64,000 bases of DNA from Candidatus Bathyarchaeia archaeon (GTDB lineage: Archaea > Thermoproteota > Bathyarchaeia > Bathyarchaeales > DTEX01): the NCBI GenBank assembly GCA_038868075.1, contig JAWBXB010000005.1:43540-107539 (forward strand), read 5' to 3'. Positions 47,107-56,981 of this stretch are shown one piece after another. The notes beneath the pieces are model-generated. The model saw nothing but the letters and a program-made list of their open reading frames with translations, was not told where the DNA came from and did no database searches. Within the stretch, counting starts at the first letter, position 1. Each line of letters begins with the position of its first letter. The position numbers and the translations under genes are program-made.

Positions 47107-47159
47107 TCACCAATAATCTAATGATAAATGGATAGGTGCTATTCGGATTCTTTCAATCC

Positions 47160-47504
47160 TCATAATGTTGCTTCAATCATTAGGAAGATTAGTAATAGGA
47201 AGGTTATTGTGGTGATTAATGCTGTTCTAATGATATTTTTGAGGACTTCTTTTCTTAGACGCCTCTCAACTACAATTATTATGCCGCCTAAAGCATGCAA
47301 ATAGGTAAGAAGTATTGTTAAAATTCTTAAGAATCTGTCAGTGTGAATTTTTCTGGATTCAGGAATTATTCGTAATTCTGGAACTAACATTTGATACCCA
47401 CTAAGCAAGTATATTGAGGCTAGCATTAATAGGGGTAAAGAAGTGAACTCAATAATTAGTAGGGATAATCTTATCAGCGCCGCTCTCCTACTCATAAGTC
47501 TCAT
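47160..47504 (-). CDS. Small 3-TM membrane protein (hypothetical)
   Basis: 114 aa with three hydrophobic helices. Its start overlaps the stop of the upstream nitroreductase gene by 4 nt. Confidence 0.55.
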   Translation of the reverse strand: MRLMSRRAALIRLSLLIIEFTSLPLLMLASIYLLSGYQMLVPELRIIPESRKIHTDRFLRILTILLTYLHALGGIIIVVERRLRKEVLKNIIRTALITTITFLLLIFLMIEATL

Positions 47505-48307
47505 CTCCTAGATTTAATATATTCCCAAATGTCTTCAAAGGACGTTTTAGGCGGGCTTCTTGGAACACCTATGGGAATTATATAAAGCGGCTTCTCCTCA
47601 GGTTTGGAGCCAATAGTTTTAGCAACTTGGTCATCGTTAAAGGCTCCAACAACCACGGCGCCGTATTTGAGAGCCGTAGCCATAAGATATATGTTCTGTC
47701 CAGCATGTCCAGCCTCCATTGGAACATACCTAACTCTTCCCCTCTCACCATAAACTTGGGCGGTTCTCTCAAAAACCGCGCAGATAACAATGTTTAATGG
47801 AGCTTCACCAACCCAGTTCTGTCCCAAGGCTGCATCCATAAGCTCTCTCCGATTATCTCCCCTCTTAACTAGCAGTAGGGTGTGACTATGCGGCTCATAT
47901 TTATAAACCCCCTCGCCGACGAAGTCTTCGGGATATTTCACGCCTCTTTCACCTATCACGACGTAGATTTCTAGGGGGTATGTGGCACCTGCGCTGGGTG
48001 ATGCCCTAAAACCCCATTTAGGCTCGGTTATGCCATATGCAGCCCAGAGTATCATCGCTAGGTCACTTAGGTTTACTGGCTCGCTAGTATACTCTCTAAT
48101 GCTCCTCCTCAATAGTATTACCTCCTCAACTGTTAATTCGCTAACCTTTCTAGGCAATGGTAGAAGAATTCTATCATCAAGTAGTATTGGCATATCAGTG
48201 ATAGTTGTGCGCTCAGCTGGAACAGTGATACGCCAAGTATACACTATGATGGATGCTGTTAGGGCTAATGAGAATACCCAAGTCATCTTTTCAAATAATT
48301 TAACCAA
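47501..48307 (-). CDS. SagB-type nitroreductase-fold dehydrogenase with an N-terminal TM anchor
   Basis: RRSIREYTSEPV...ILWAAYGIT...SPSAGATYPLEIY...EAGHAGQNIYL are SagB/ThcOx-type nitroreductase blocks. N-terminal helix WVFSLALTASIIVY. Confidence 0.75.
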   Translation of the reverse strand: MVKLFEKMTWVFSLALTASIIVYTWRITVPAERTTITDMPILLDDRILLPLPRKVSELTVEEVILLRRSIREYTSEPVNLSDLAMILWAAYGITEPKWGFRASPSAGATYPLEIYVVIGERGVKYPEDFVGEGVYKYEPHSHTLLLVKRGDNRRELMDAALGQNWVGEAPLNIVICAVFERTAQVYGERGRVRYVPMEAGHAGQNIYLMATALKYGAVVVGAFNDDQVAKTIGSKPEEKPLYIIPIGVPRSPPKTSFEDIWEYIKSRR

Positions 48308-48418
48308 TGTATAAACCCCTAAACAAATTTTCTTTCACCAGCAATATAAATATGTTATAGGTCTCTTCCGGCTAAACCCTTAATAACTTCTTTTAAAAGA
48401 AGTCTTTCTTAGATATTT

Positions 48419-51130
48419 ATGTGGCGCATCTTTAGGAGAGACGCAATAGAAGTCCTATATAATGAAAGGGTTAGGTCTAGCCTAGCAAGATACTTCGTTG
48501 TCATGAATGATGAGAAGCCAGCAAAATTTATGATAGCAAAGAGGATTCCGGCGGAGTTTAATGTAGATGAGCCGCTTGAAAGTTTATGGGCTAAGCATGA
48601 GAAGCTAACTGAGGATTTCTATAAAATTCAGAGCGAGATAGATTCTGGAAAAATGAAGTTAGAAGATATGGATGTTCCAGAGAGTTCCTATCTAGACCTA
48701 AAAATAGCCATAGCAAAAAGAATTCTTGAGCGCTGCCACTTCTGCAATAGGCGGTGTGGGGTAAATCGATTAAGGGGCGAATTAGGCTACTGCAGATGTG
48801 GGACTCAAATAATGGTTTCATCAATCTTTGAGCATATAGGCGAGGAGCCGGAACTAGTCCCCTCTGGAACAATATTCACCATGGGATGCACAATAAGATG
48901 CCTACACTGCCAGAACTGGACTATATGTATGACGGGAGATAGTCTAGTTTTGCTCTCTGATGGCACATTAACTGAAATCGCTAAAATTTTCAACGAATAT
49001 GCTACCGGTGAACCGAAGGAAACTTGCAGAAGCCTTTGTGCACTAACAAACTTAAACGTTTTCTCAATAAATGAGGAAGCAAAAGTTATAGTAGATCTTT
49101 GTAACGGTGTGTCACGAAGGTTAGCTGATGACCTTATAGAGATAGTGACGTGGACTGGAAGAAAAATCGTAGTCACATCGAATCACTTACTATACACCTG
49201 CCACAATGGACTTATTATTCCAGTTCCAGCCAAAAAATTGAGGGAAGGTGATTATATAGCCGCTCTCAAGTCTATACCCGAAATTAAGGGATTCACAAAA
49301 ATAAATATTGGGAACCCTACCCCTAAAGCTTTTTATAGAGTTGCTCCACCCATCACTATTACATCAGAGCTATGCCGAGTTATTGGATACTTACTTGGTG
49401 ATGGGTACCTCTATAAATACAAGAGGAAGAACCACTATAACATAGTATTTACCAACACTAATCAATCCCTAATTGAGGATTATGTTAACTGCTTTAAGAA
49501 GGCCTTCGGTTTAACACCAAAAGTGTTGGAGTATAAAGGAATTTTTCGAGCCGTAGTTAGATCTGCTGACGTCTTTAATTTTCTAAGCGATGTTGCTCCG
49601 CACCTGTTATCTCGCTCGAAATTTAGGGAGGTACCGCCGATAATTATGCGAGCTGACAATAATATGGTTTCATCATTTTTAAGGGGGTTCTTTGATTGCG
49701 AGGCTACAGTCCATAGTAAAAATAGGGAAATAGTGTTGTATTCAGCGAGTGAGAGATTGCTATTACAGATGCAAATTTTATTATGCCGCTATGGAATAAT
49801 ATCGCAACTTCATCCAATATTCCGTAAGAGAAATGAGCGGGTTGAAAGAACATTTAAGCTCTCAATTACAGGCGAAAATGTGGGTCGCTATAAGATTTTT
49901 GTAGGCTTCTCGTCTCCTGAAAAGATTGAGAAGCTGGAGAAAGTGCTGAAGATAAAAGCTTCCCCTAGGCAGCATGTGGATGTTATTCCAAATATTGGTG
50001 ATCTGTTAAAAGATATAAGAAGTAGATTACGACTTACACAGCGTGACGTAAGATTAGTTTTAAAAGGATATGGTTACTTGGAGTCTAAAAATAGACCATT
50101 TCCAAGATTTAAGCTCGAAAAAGTGGTGTCATTCTTTGGGGATAGATTGAGAAATATTGAGATGTTATCCCAGAAACTTGCAGAGTCCACGTGGAAAGTG
50201 ATAAGGGAAGGTATGAGAATGCTAAATATTTCTCAGCGGGAGTTAGCTGAGATGCTTAATGTTTCCCGTAGCCTAATAAGGTATTACATGAATATGGGCA
50301 GTAATGATTTACACGTTAAAAAATTTTTGAATAAAGTTTCTGCTGCAATAAGACTCCTATGCTCAGAAATTCTATCTGACAAAATATTGCTAGAGGATCT
50401 ATTTAGGCTGAAGATGTTAATAAACGCTGATATTTTCTGGGATAAAGTGGAGAGAACATCAAAGTTAACTGGCGAAACGTTTGTTTTTGACATTAGAGTA
50501 CAGAATACAAATAGGTTTATTGCAAATGGTCTGCTCGTACATAACAGTCAGTGGTTTGAGAGTGGGGAGGTTTATTCTCCTAGGCGTTTGGCTTTGGCTG
50601 TTGAGGGGTTGCGTAGGAGCGGCTGTAGAAATGCCAATCTTGTTGGCGGCGAACCTACTCCTTGGCTTGAGCAGTGGCTTGAGACTTTCAAGCACGTGAA
50701 TGTTAATATTCCGGTTGTCTGGAACTCAAACTCCTATTATAGTGAGGAAACTGCTAAGCTGCTTGCCGGCTTCGTTGACGTTTATCTGCTCGACTTCAAG
50801 TATGGTCCCTTTGACTGCGCCAAGAGGATTTCGGATGCACCCAATTATTGGGATGTCTGCGCAAGGAATCACCTCTATGGCAATAAGTACGGTGAACTTA
50901 TAATACGGGTTCTTGTCTTGCCAAACCACCTAGAATGCTGCACTAAGCATATTCTCAAGTGGATTGCCGATAACCTCGGAAGAAACACTAGGACCAATGT
51001 TATGTTCCAGTATAGGCCTGAGTGGAGAGCCTATGAGGTGCCTGAGCTACGTAGGAGATTAACCGCTAAGGAGATGGAGCGGGCTATAGAGTTAGCTAAG
51101 GAGGTTGGATTAACAAACTTCATAACATAA
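48419..51130 (+). CDS. PflX-like (COG1313) radical SAM enzyme interrupted by an intein
   Basis: Extein residues 1-169 plus 710-903. They carry CHFCNRRCGVNR...GYCRCG, the radical-SAM motif GCTIRCLHCQNWTI | SQWFESG, and a C-terminal TIM-barrel region. Confidence 0.85.
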   Translation: MWRIFRRDAIEVLYNERVRSSLARYFVVMNDEKPAKFMIAKRIPAEFNVDEPLESLWAKHEKLTEDFYKIQSEIDSGKMKLEDMDVPESSYLDLKIAIAKRILERCHFCNRRCGVNRLRGELGYCRCGTQIMVSSIFEHIGEEPELVPSGTIFTMGCTIRCLHCQNWTICMTGDSLVLLSDGTLTEIAKIFNEYATGEPKETCRSLCALTNLNVFSINEEAKVIVDLCNGVSRRLADDLIEIVTWTGRKIVVTSNHLLYTCHNGLIIPVPAKKLREGDYIAALKSIPEIKGFTKINIGNPTPKAFYRVAPPITITSELCRVIGYLLGDGYLYKYKRKNHYNIVFTNTNQSLIEDYVNCFKKAFGLTPKVLEYKGIFRAVVRSADVFNFLSDVAPHLLSRSKFREVPPIIMRADNNMVSSFLRGFFDCEATVHSKNREIVLYSASERLLLQMQILLCRYGIISQLHPIFRKRNERVERTFKLSITGENVGRYKIFVGFSSPEKIEKLEKVLKIKASPRQHVDVIPNIGDLLKDIRSRLRLTQRDVRLVLKGYGYLESKNRPFPRFKLEKVVSFFGDRLRNIEMLSQKLAESTWKVIREGMRMLNISQRELAEMLNVSRSLIRYYMNMGSNDLHVKKFLNKVSAAIRLLCSEILSDKILLEDLFRLKMLINADIFWDKVERTSKLTGETFVFDIRVQNTNRFIANGLLVHNSQWFESGEVYSPRRLALAVEGLRRSGCRNANLVGGEPTPWLEQWLETFKHVNVNIPVVWNSNSYYSEETAKLLAGFVDVYLLDFKYGPFDCAKRISDAPNYWDVCARNHLYGNKYGELIIRVLVLPNHLECCTKHILKWIADNLGRNTRTNVMFQYRPEWRAYEVPELRRRLTAKEMERAIELAKEVGLTNFIT
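48926..50545 (+). mobile_element. Intein (540 aa) with a LAGLIDADG homing endonuclease domain
   Basis: Block A CMTGDSLVLLSDG. Block B VVTSNHLLY. LAGLIDADG motifs VIGYLLGDGYLY and FLRGFFDCEATVH. Block G FIANGLLVHN followed by the +1 Ser. Length is 1620 nt and it is in frame. Confidence 0.88.
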
Positions 51131-51135
51131 GAGGT

Positions 51136-52101
51136 TTAGAGAGATAGTATCTCAGCAAGCCTATATCGGCTTAAGTCTATCTCTTTTTCAGTCATCCATG
51201 AATAGTCTAGGTCAACTGATGTTATCTCGCTCCCCTTTATGCCAACCATCCTCTTAGACTCTCCCGTAAGCAGCAGCTCAACAGCCTTATACCCAAACTC
51301 GCATGCTAGTATTCGGCTTCTAGCCGTGGGAACACCACCCCTCTGTATATGTCCAAGAACCGCTAACCTCACATTCTGCCCGGTTTCTCTAGCGATATAT
51401 TCAGTTATTTGGCGGCTGTCTCCCGCACCCTCGGCCATAACAATTATCTCGGAGACTTTCCCCTCCTCCCTATCGCGCTTTATCCTTTCACAAACTCTCT
51501 CCAAGTCCACTTTAATCTCTGGTATTAGTATTATTTCTGCGCCGCCAGCTAAGCCGACTTCTAGGGCTAGAAAACCCCTACGCCTACCCATAACCTCAAC
51601 CACGAATATTCTCTCGTGGGATGTAGCCGTATCCCTTATCTTGTCTATTGCATCTAGGGCTGTATTCACTGCTGTATCGAAGCCTATTGTTGTATCTGTT
51701 CCAGCCACATCATTATCGATTGTCGCCGGAACCCCAATCATTGGTATGCCGCTAGCCTTATAAAGTCTGCTTGCACCCCTAAATGTTCCATCACCGCCAA
51801 TTGTTATGAGCCCATCGATTCGAATGCTCTTTAGGAAATCAGCAGCCCTCTCTATACCCTCATCAGTCTTAATCTCCTCACAACGTATTGTCCTAAGTAT
51901 TGTTCCACCCAAATTTATTATTCCGCTAACTGAGCGCCTATCTAGAATTCGGTATCTGCCCTCAAGAAGCCCGGCATAACCCCTCTCAATGCCAATAACC
52001 TCCAGACCATTGTATATTGCTGAACGGACAATCGCACGTATGGCTGCATTCATGCCAGGGGCATCTCCACCAGCCGTTACAACACCTATTTTCTTACCCA
52101 A
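51136..52101 (-). CDS. pfkA: 6-phosphofructokinase, PfkA family (probably ATP-dependent)
   Basis: GVVTAGGDAPGMNAAIRAIVR, TIGGDGTFRGA, PATIDNDV and MGRRRGFLA motifs. Confidence 0.88.
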   Translation of the reverse strand: MGKKIGVVTAGGDAPGMNAAIRAIVRSAIYNGLEVIGIERGYAGLLEGRYRILDRRSVSGIINLGGTILRTIRCEEIKTDEGIERAADFLKSIRIDGLITIGGDGTFRGASRLYKASGIPMIGVPATIDNDVAGTDTTIGFDTAVNTALDAIDKIRDTATSHERIFVVEVMGRRRGFLALEVGLAGGAEIILIPEIKVDLERVCERIKRDREEGKVSEIIVMAEGAGDSRQITEYIARETGQNVRLAVLGHIQRGGVPTARSRILACEFGYKAVELLLTGESKRMVGIKGSEITSVDLDYSWMTEKEIDLSRYRLAEILSL

Positions 52102-52193
52102 TTCGAGACGCTTCTCCTTTTTACTTTAAAGACTAACTAAGCCCTTCAAGGTATATGTTAGGGATAATTTAGAAATAGGATGTGTAAAAGAAA

Positions 52194-53777
52194 TTACTTA
52201 ATTATTGGTTTTAGTATTCGTACCGGTAGAGGCGTCTCAACTTTTAGACGCCCACTTCTAAAATCGTTTATCATAGCCTTCAAATCGTAATTATAGTCCT
52301 TTTCACATACGCTCATGTATTTTAGAGTTTGCTTAACTCCATAAGAGATCACCATTTTTAAGCCCTTCCGCACCATTCTACTCTTTATACTTCTTTCACT
52401 CCAATCTCTAAATATGTTTTCTATCCAGTCAAAATTATGTTTCCAACATTTAAAGAGTAACTCAGTATGTCTAGGCGTTAAATCATTTAATGTAAATGAG
52501 TTGACTCTATCTTTTAAGCTACCCATTGATACGAAAAATAATGGGACAATTATGCTCTTAAAGGGACGTAGCTTCTCAATAAGTGAGATGGTTAGCTCCA
52601 CGTCTTTTTCGGTTTCTCCTGGGAGACCTAGTATTAACGTTGCACATGGAACCCAATTGTTCTCGCTTAAAATTTCAAAGGCTCTAATAACAATGTCAGG
52701 CCAATCCTCTGGTGAATAAGGCTTACACTTACCCTTCATATGCATATCCATGATCCTGGGGCTACCTGTTTCAATACCTGTTTGTCCACTTAACCAATTT
52801 CTGCTATCAACATTCAATATATTAGATATTTCTTCAACTAAATCTGGCGCAGTCACAGCTGATACTAGTGCGAAATGGCTTATTCCAACACTCTTAACCC
52901 CAGGATAATTCTTAACGCTCCTGAAGAGATTCACCACAGCCTCTTTATTGATCTCCAATCCTCTAGCCTTATATCTTAGTATGTCTTCAGCGTGGAGTAA
53001 TGGTTGCCTACCAGCTCTAAGATTAACCTCAACCTCCTTAAGGATATGGTCTATTGGGAGACATCTGAAACGCTGCAATGTTGGAACGCAGAAATCGCAT
53101 CCACGCCCACATCCTCTTGCAACCTCAATTATTCCATCTATTGTTGCACCCCTAATAACTGGTATCTCATCTACCTCAACAACTTCGCCGTAGACCACTC
53201 CTGGAAGATTATCACCATTAATTGCCTTCTCAAATAGCGGACCAGCTACCTTCTCACCCTCACCTATAACAACAGTGTCTATTCCAAGATCCCTTCTAAT
53301 ACTCTCATCCTCTAATTGCCAAGCACCAGCCCCTCCAACAATTATTTTGGGCTTATACTTCTTAACTAATGGATGATTTAAGATTTCCCTAAACTTAATT
53401 GCCATGTAAGCTTCTCCACCAAAGATCTCCGTGAATGTTGTTGTCGCTGGACCTATTCCCAACGGATCATTTTCAGTTATTCCTAAGGCCTTTGTTTCTG
53501 GACCGATAACCTTGTGTAATCGCTCTGGATGAGCGACAACAACATCTTCTCTCCTGAAGCCGTAATCTAATAGGGCAGCCTCAATTTTCCTAGTTCCATT
53601 TGGCGCTACAACAGCTGTTCCATCGCTATTAGCTTCAACTGGTGGGCAAAATAATCTAAAATAAATGCTATCTGGAACTAAACCCTTAGGTACACATGCG
53701 CTGAAACCAAGAAATATTGCACCACCATACTCGCTCATTAATGTCCTATCAGCCGTTAGAACTATTGAATAGCCCAT
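52194..53777 (-). CDS. B12-binding-domain radical SAM protein
   Basis: An N-terminal Rossmann-like domain followed by the radical-SAM cluster ARGCGRGCDFCVP. 527 aa. Confidence 0.75.
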   Translation of the reverse strand: MGYSIVLTADRTLMSEYGGAIFLGFSACVPKGLVPDSIYFRLFCPPVEANSDGTAVVAPNGTRKIEAALLDYGFRREDVVVAHPERLHKVIGPETKALGITENDPLGIGPATTTFTEIFGGEAYMAIKFREILNHPLVKKYKPKIIVGGAGAWQLEDESIRRDLGIDTVVIGEGEKVAGPLFEKAINGDNLPGVVYGEVVEVDEIPVIRGATIDGIIEVARGCGRGCDFCVPTLQRFRCLPIDHILKEVEVNLRAGRQPLLHAEDILRYKARGLEINKEAVVNLFRSVKNYPGVKSVGISHFALVSAVTAPDLVEEISNILNVDSRNWLSGQTGIETGSPRIMDMHMKGKCKPYSPEDWPDIVIRAFEILSENNWVPCATLILGLPGETEKDVELTISLIEKLRPFKSIIVPLFFVSMGSLKDRVNSFTLNDLTPRHTELLFKCWKHNFDWIENIFRDWSERSIKSRMVRKGLKMVISYGVKQTLKYMSVCEKDYNYDLKAMINDFRSGRLKVETPLPVRILKPIIK

Positions 53778-53925
53778 ATGCCTCGCCGTAATATTACACT
53801 AATGCTTGATTTTTATTCTTTCATTCTTTTATTATCCTGCAAAAAGGATATTTAAATTTTGCAAGCCCAACAATAAAGAAATTAAATTGAAGGCGGCAAA
53901 TTAATGATTAAAGGTTGATAGACAT

Positions 53926-54846
53926 ATGTTACATACCCCTGGCAATATGGAAGATGAACTTGAAAAATATATTCGTGCCGGTAAGATTGCTGCAAGAGTT
54001 AGAGAGGAGGTTAGGAGAATAATTAAGGAGGGGATGCCACTTATTGAAATATGCGAGATAGTTGAGGATAAAATTAGAAGTCTCGGTGGAGAACCAGCTT
54101 TTCCATGCAATATCTCAATTAACGAGATTGCAGCACATTACACTTCTCCACCAAATGATAAGAGAGTTATTCCAGAGGGCTCTCTAGTTAAAATCGATAT
54201 TGGAGTTCATATTGACGGATATATTGCTGATACCGCTAAAACCGTATGTTTTAACCCCAAATATGAGGATATGGTTTATACCGCTGAGAAAGCACTTGAA
54301 GCCGCCATAGGAATCATACGTCCAGGCATATTTGTTTCGAAAGTCAGCTCCGAAATACAGGCAACTATTGAGCGCTATGGTTTTAAGCCAGTGTCAAACC
54401 TTACAGGGCATGAAATAAACCGATACATGATACATGCTGGCAAATCCATACCCAATATATCTCATATCTCTTTAGAGAGGCTACGCTTGGGGGGAGTTTA
54501 CGCAATTGAACCATTTGTCACCCTTAAGGAGGCCGCCGGGAGAGTTGAGGATAGCCCTGAAAAATATATTTTTAGATTAATAAAACGTAAACCATCCCTA
54601 AAGAACTCTGGATCACGGAATCTTCTAAAATTTATTGAGGAGAACTTTAAAACATTGCCATTTGCCGAAAGATGGCTGAAAAGAAGTTATGGGAGCGAAG
54701 AATTGTATAAACAATCGCTTATGGAGCTTTTGTCACTAAAGTATTTGATGACTTATCCCGTCTTCGTTGAATCGAGTCTAAAGCCAGTTGCGCAAGCTGA
54801 GCATACCGTTTATATCAGTGAAGAAGGCGCTATTGTTCTCACTTAG
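53926..54846 (+). CDS. map: Methionine aminopeptidase, type 2 (archaeal)
   Basis: AFPCNISINEIAAHYTS, DIGVHIDGYIADTA, GHEI and AQAEHTV metal-ligand blocks. Confidence 0.9.
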   Translation: MLHTPGNMEDELEKYIRAGKIAARVREEVRRIIKEGMPLIEICEIVEDKIRSLGGEPAFPCNISINEIAAHYTSPPNDKRVIPEGSLVKIDIGVHIDGYIADTAKTVCFNPKYEDMVYTAEKALEAAIGIIRPGIFVSKVSSEIQATIERYGFKPVSNLTGHEINRYMIHAGKSIPNISHISLERLRLGGVYAIEPFVTLKEAAGRVEDSPEKYIFRLIKRKPSLKNSGSRNLLKFIEENFKTLPFAERWLKRSYGSEELYKQSLMELLSLKYLMTYPVFVESSLKPVAQAEHTVYISEEGAIVLT

Positions 54847-54860
54847 AGTATTAACGTTAA

Positions 54861-55253
54861 TTAACCCTTCTCTTTCTTCTCCGGTTCCCTAAATATTGAG
54901 TAAATTAGAAGCGTTTCATTACATTTCGGGCATGATCCAACCTCTTTAAGGACATAGTCTCCTTTGTTAAAATTCCTTATGCTCTTATAGTCACATTTCG
55001 TACATTGAATCACCGTTAAAACCTTCAATGTTTCGAAACCTAGAGTTATAGGTTTTCTCCTCATTTGTAAAAGAAGATATATGGATAGCGCTATTGCACT
55101 TATACTCAAAATCACGTTTAGAGTTTCAAAGGTTCCCTGAGTTATATAAGTTTTTATCAGTAGAACCAATGATGCTAAAGACATTATCAACATAATAAGA
55201 ACGACTGCTATGAAAAATATCGGTGCTCTTTTAATCTCACTTTTCTCCTCCAT
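54861..55253 (-). CDS. Membrane protein with a C-terminal Zn-ribbon (hypothetical)
   Basis: Two TM helices followed by CTKCDY...CPKCNE. It lies 16 nt downstream of the DUF1512-like gene. Confidence 0.55.
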   Translation of the reverse strand: MEEKSEIKRAPIFFIAVVLIMLIMSLASLVLLIKTYITQGTFETLNVILSISAIALSIYLLLQMRRKPITLGFETLKVLTVIQCTKCDYKSIRNFNKGDYVLKEVGSCPKCNETLLIYSIFREPEKKEKG

Positions 55254-55269
55254 AATTTAGATCACCACT

Positions 55270-56400
55270 TTACTGGGCTATTCCAATGGTGTTTCCCACT
55301 CCGGCAACAATAACTATGTCTCCCTCTTTCGTGTTCTCACAAATTAATCTCTTGACTCTTTCTATAGCTTCTTCAACCCCATCAACTATCTCCTTCCTCA
55401 TGGTTGAAACAACATCTTCTATACCCTCTTTAATCAGTACAGCCCCCAATGGAACCCTATATTTAGCGGCAACCTCCTCAACCTTATATTTATCGACGCC
55501 TGGACCGCCAATAGCCACGCCGACTCCCTCAGCAACTTCTCCTGGTTTCTCGCCTTCTAGCTTCTGGGCCGCATCAATAATTATTATTAACGCAACTTTT
55601 CCCTCCTTCTCTTCAAGTATCTGTCTTATCGCTTCTCCCGGTTTACCGACATTTCCACCCGGACCCTTAGCCTTTACAACATATACTTTCCGCCCTTCTA
55701 TATCCACTTCACTTACGAGGGTATCTTGAGCTATCAGTCTCTTCTCTTTACCATACATCAATCTTGCCGCCACAAGCGCTCCAGCCCCATCACCTATTGG
55801 CTGGCCTAGTGTAAAGGCTTTGATGGCACTTGCAAATGCTTCAGATTCCCTCATTATAAGTGGAAGAAGCATCTGAAGCTGAAGAATTATATAGAAGCTT
55901 AGGGTCTTCTTTCCCATCAAATAATAGTGTCTCACAATCTTGTAGATTTGGTTTAATGCTAACGCAGCCTCTAGAACATTTGTTAAATTATTTACTTGTG
56001 CCTCATCAGCGTATGGAGCCATCCGTCTAACTTCATCCTTCAGCCTAAGATCTCTAACATCAATTATATGCTCCAGTCTTCTAATTATGCCAGTTGGATC
56101 AAGACTGACTGGCTCTATATCCACATGCTCTAACAGACGGTCAACTCTCACCGTTGGATCCTCTGGGGGCTTACCTATCTCCTTAATAGTTGATATAGCT
56201 ACCTGACGCCCCCTATCCCTCATAACCTTAAGTTTATAAAGTGAGCCCTCGATTTCCCTAAGCATGAAGGCTGTCTGTATGCGTTGACCGTAAATCCATA
56301 TAATTATAAAGGCAAGTATCCATATTAATTGAATGACCCAGCCAATCGTATCCTGCGCGGCTGGTTGCTGAATGATGGACATTAAAGCTTCAATAGACAT
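55270..56400 (-). CDS. DUF1512-like archaeal membrane-anchored protein
   Basis: 376 aa. An N-terminal TM helix (IGWVIQLIWILAFIIIWIYG) and a conserved-looking soluble domain. The family assignment is from memory only. Confidence 0.45.
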   Translation of the reverse strand: MSIEALMSIIQQPAAQDTIGWVIQLIWILAFIIIWIYGQRIQTAFMLREIEGSLYKLKVMRDRGRQVAISTIKEIGKPPEDPTVRVDRLLEHVDIEPVSLDPTGIIRRLEHIIDVRDLRLKDEVRRMAPYADEAQVNNLTNVLEAALALNQIYKIVRHYYLMGKKTLSFYIILQLQMLLPLIMRESEAFASAIKAFTLGQPIGDGAGALVAARLMYGKEKRLIAQDTLVSEVDIEGRKVYVVKAKGPGGNVGKPGEAIRQILEEKEGKVALIIIIDAAQKLEGEKPGEVAEGVGVAIGGPGVDKYKVEEVAAKYRVPLGAVLIKEGIEDVVSTMRKEIVDGVEEAIERVKRLICENTKEGDIVIVAGVGNTIGIAQ

Positions 56401-56534
56401 ACAGCGGGACCGACCTCTAAAAAAATAAGATTACTAAGTAATAAATTTTAGGTGAAGAAAGTTTCCCCTTAAATACGTTTATTATTACTGAATCGCTGAA
56501 GACCTATGAAAACGATTTTAGGATACCATATAGA

Positions 56535-56867
56535 TTATTTTTCGTATCTCTTCTCTCTTTCCATCCTACGCAGTTGGCTGCGCCATTCGCTTTTACTTTG
56601 CGTCTTTATATTTGACCTATATTGGCATTGAGATTCATCAATCTGGCGATACTGACTTATATTTTTGTAGAATGTCTGATAGTCTATTTTATTCTGCCTA
56701 AGATTAATAATCATCTGATTCAGGTATTTCCTAATTTCTGGATCAGTCGCCTTATCATAAGCATCTGAATATGCGAGATAAGCTGCATGAAACTGGAAGT
56801 TGCTTGGATCATCTATGAGAAGTTTTTTCTGTGAAACTGAAATATCCCCACCAACTTCTTCACTCAT
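56535..56867 (-). CDS. Hypothetical protein
   Basis: 110-aa ORF with an ATG start. I recognised no family. Confidence 0.45.
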   Translation of the reverse strand: MSEEVGGDISVSQKKLLIDDPSNFQFHAAYLAYSDAYDKATDPEIRKYLNQMIINLRQNKIDYQTFYKNISQYRQIDESQCQYRSNIKTQSKSEWRSQLRRMEREKRYEK

Positions 56868-56981
56868 ACTCCTTAAACGAGGTACAAACTTCCTTTTAAA
56901 GTTAGCGCTAAAATATCTTTTCTATTAATACTGTAGCTATCATATTTCGCTAACCCAATTACATTCTGAATTGACTTATCT

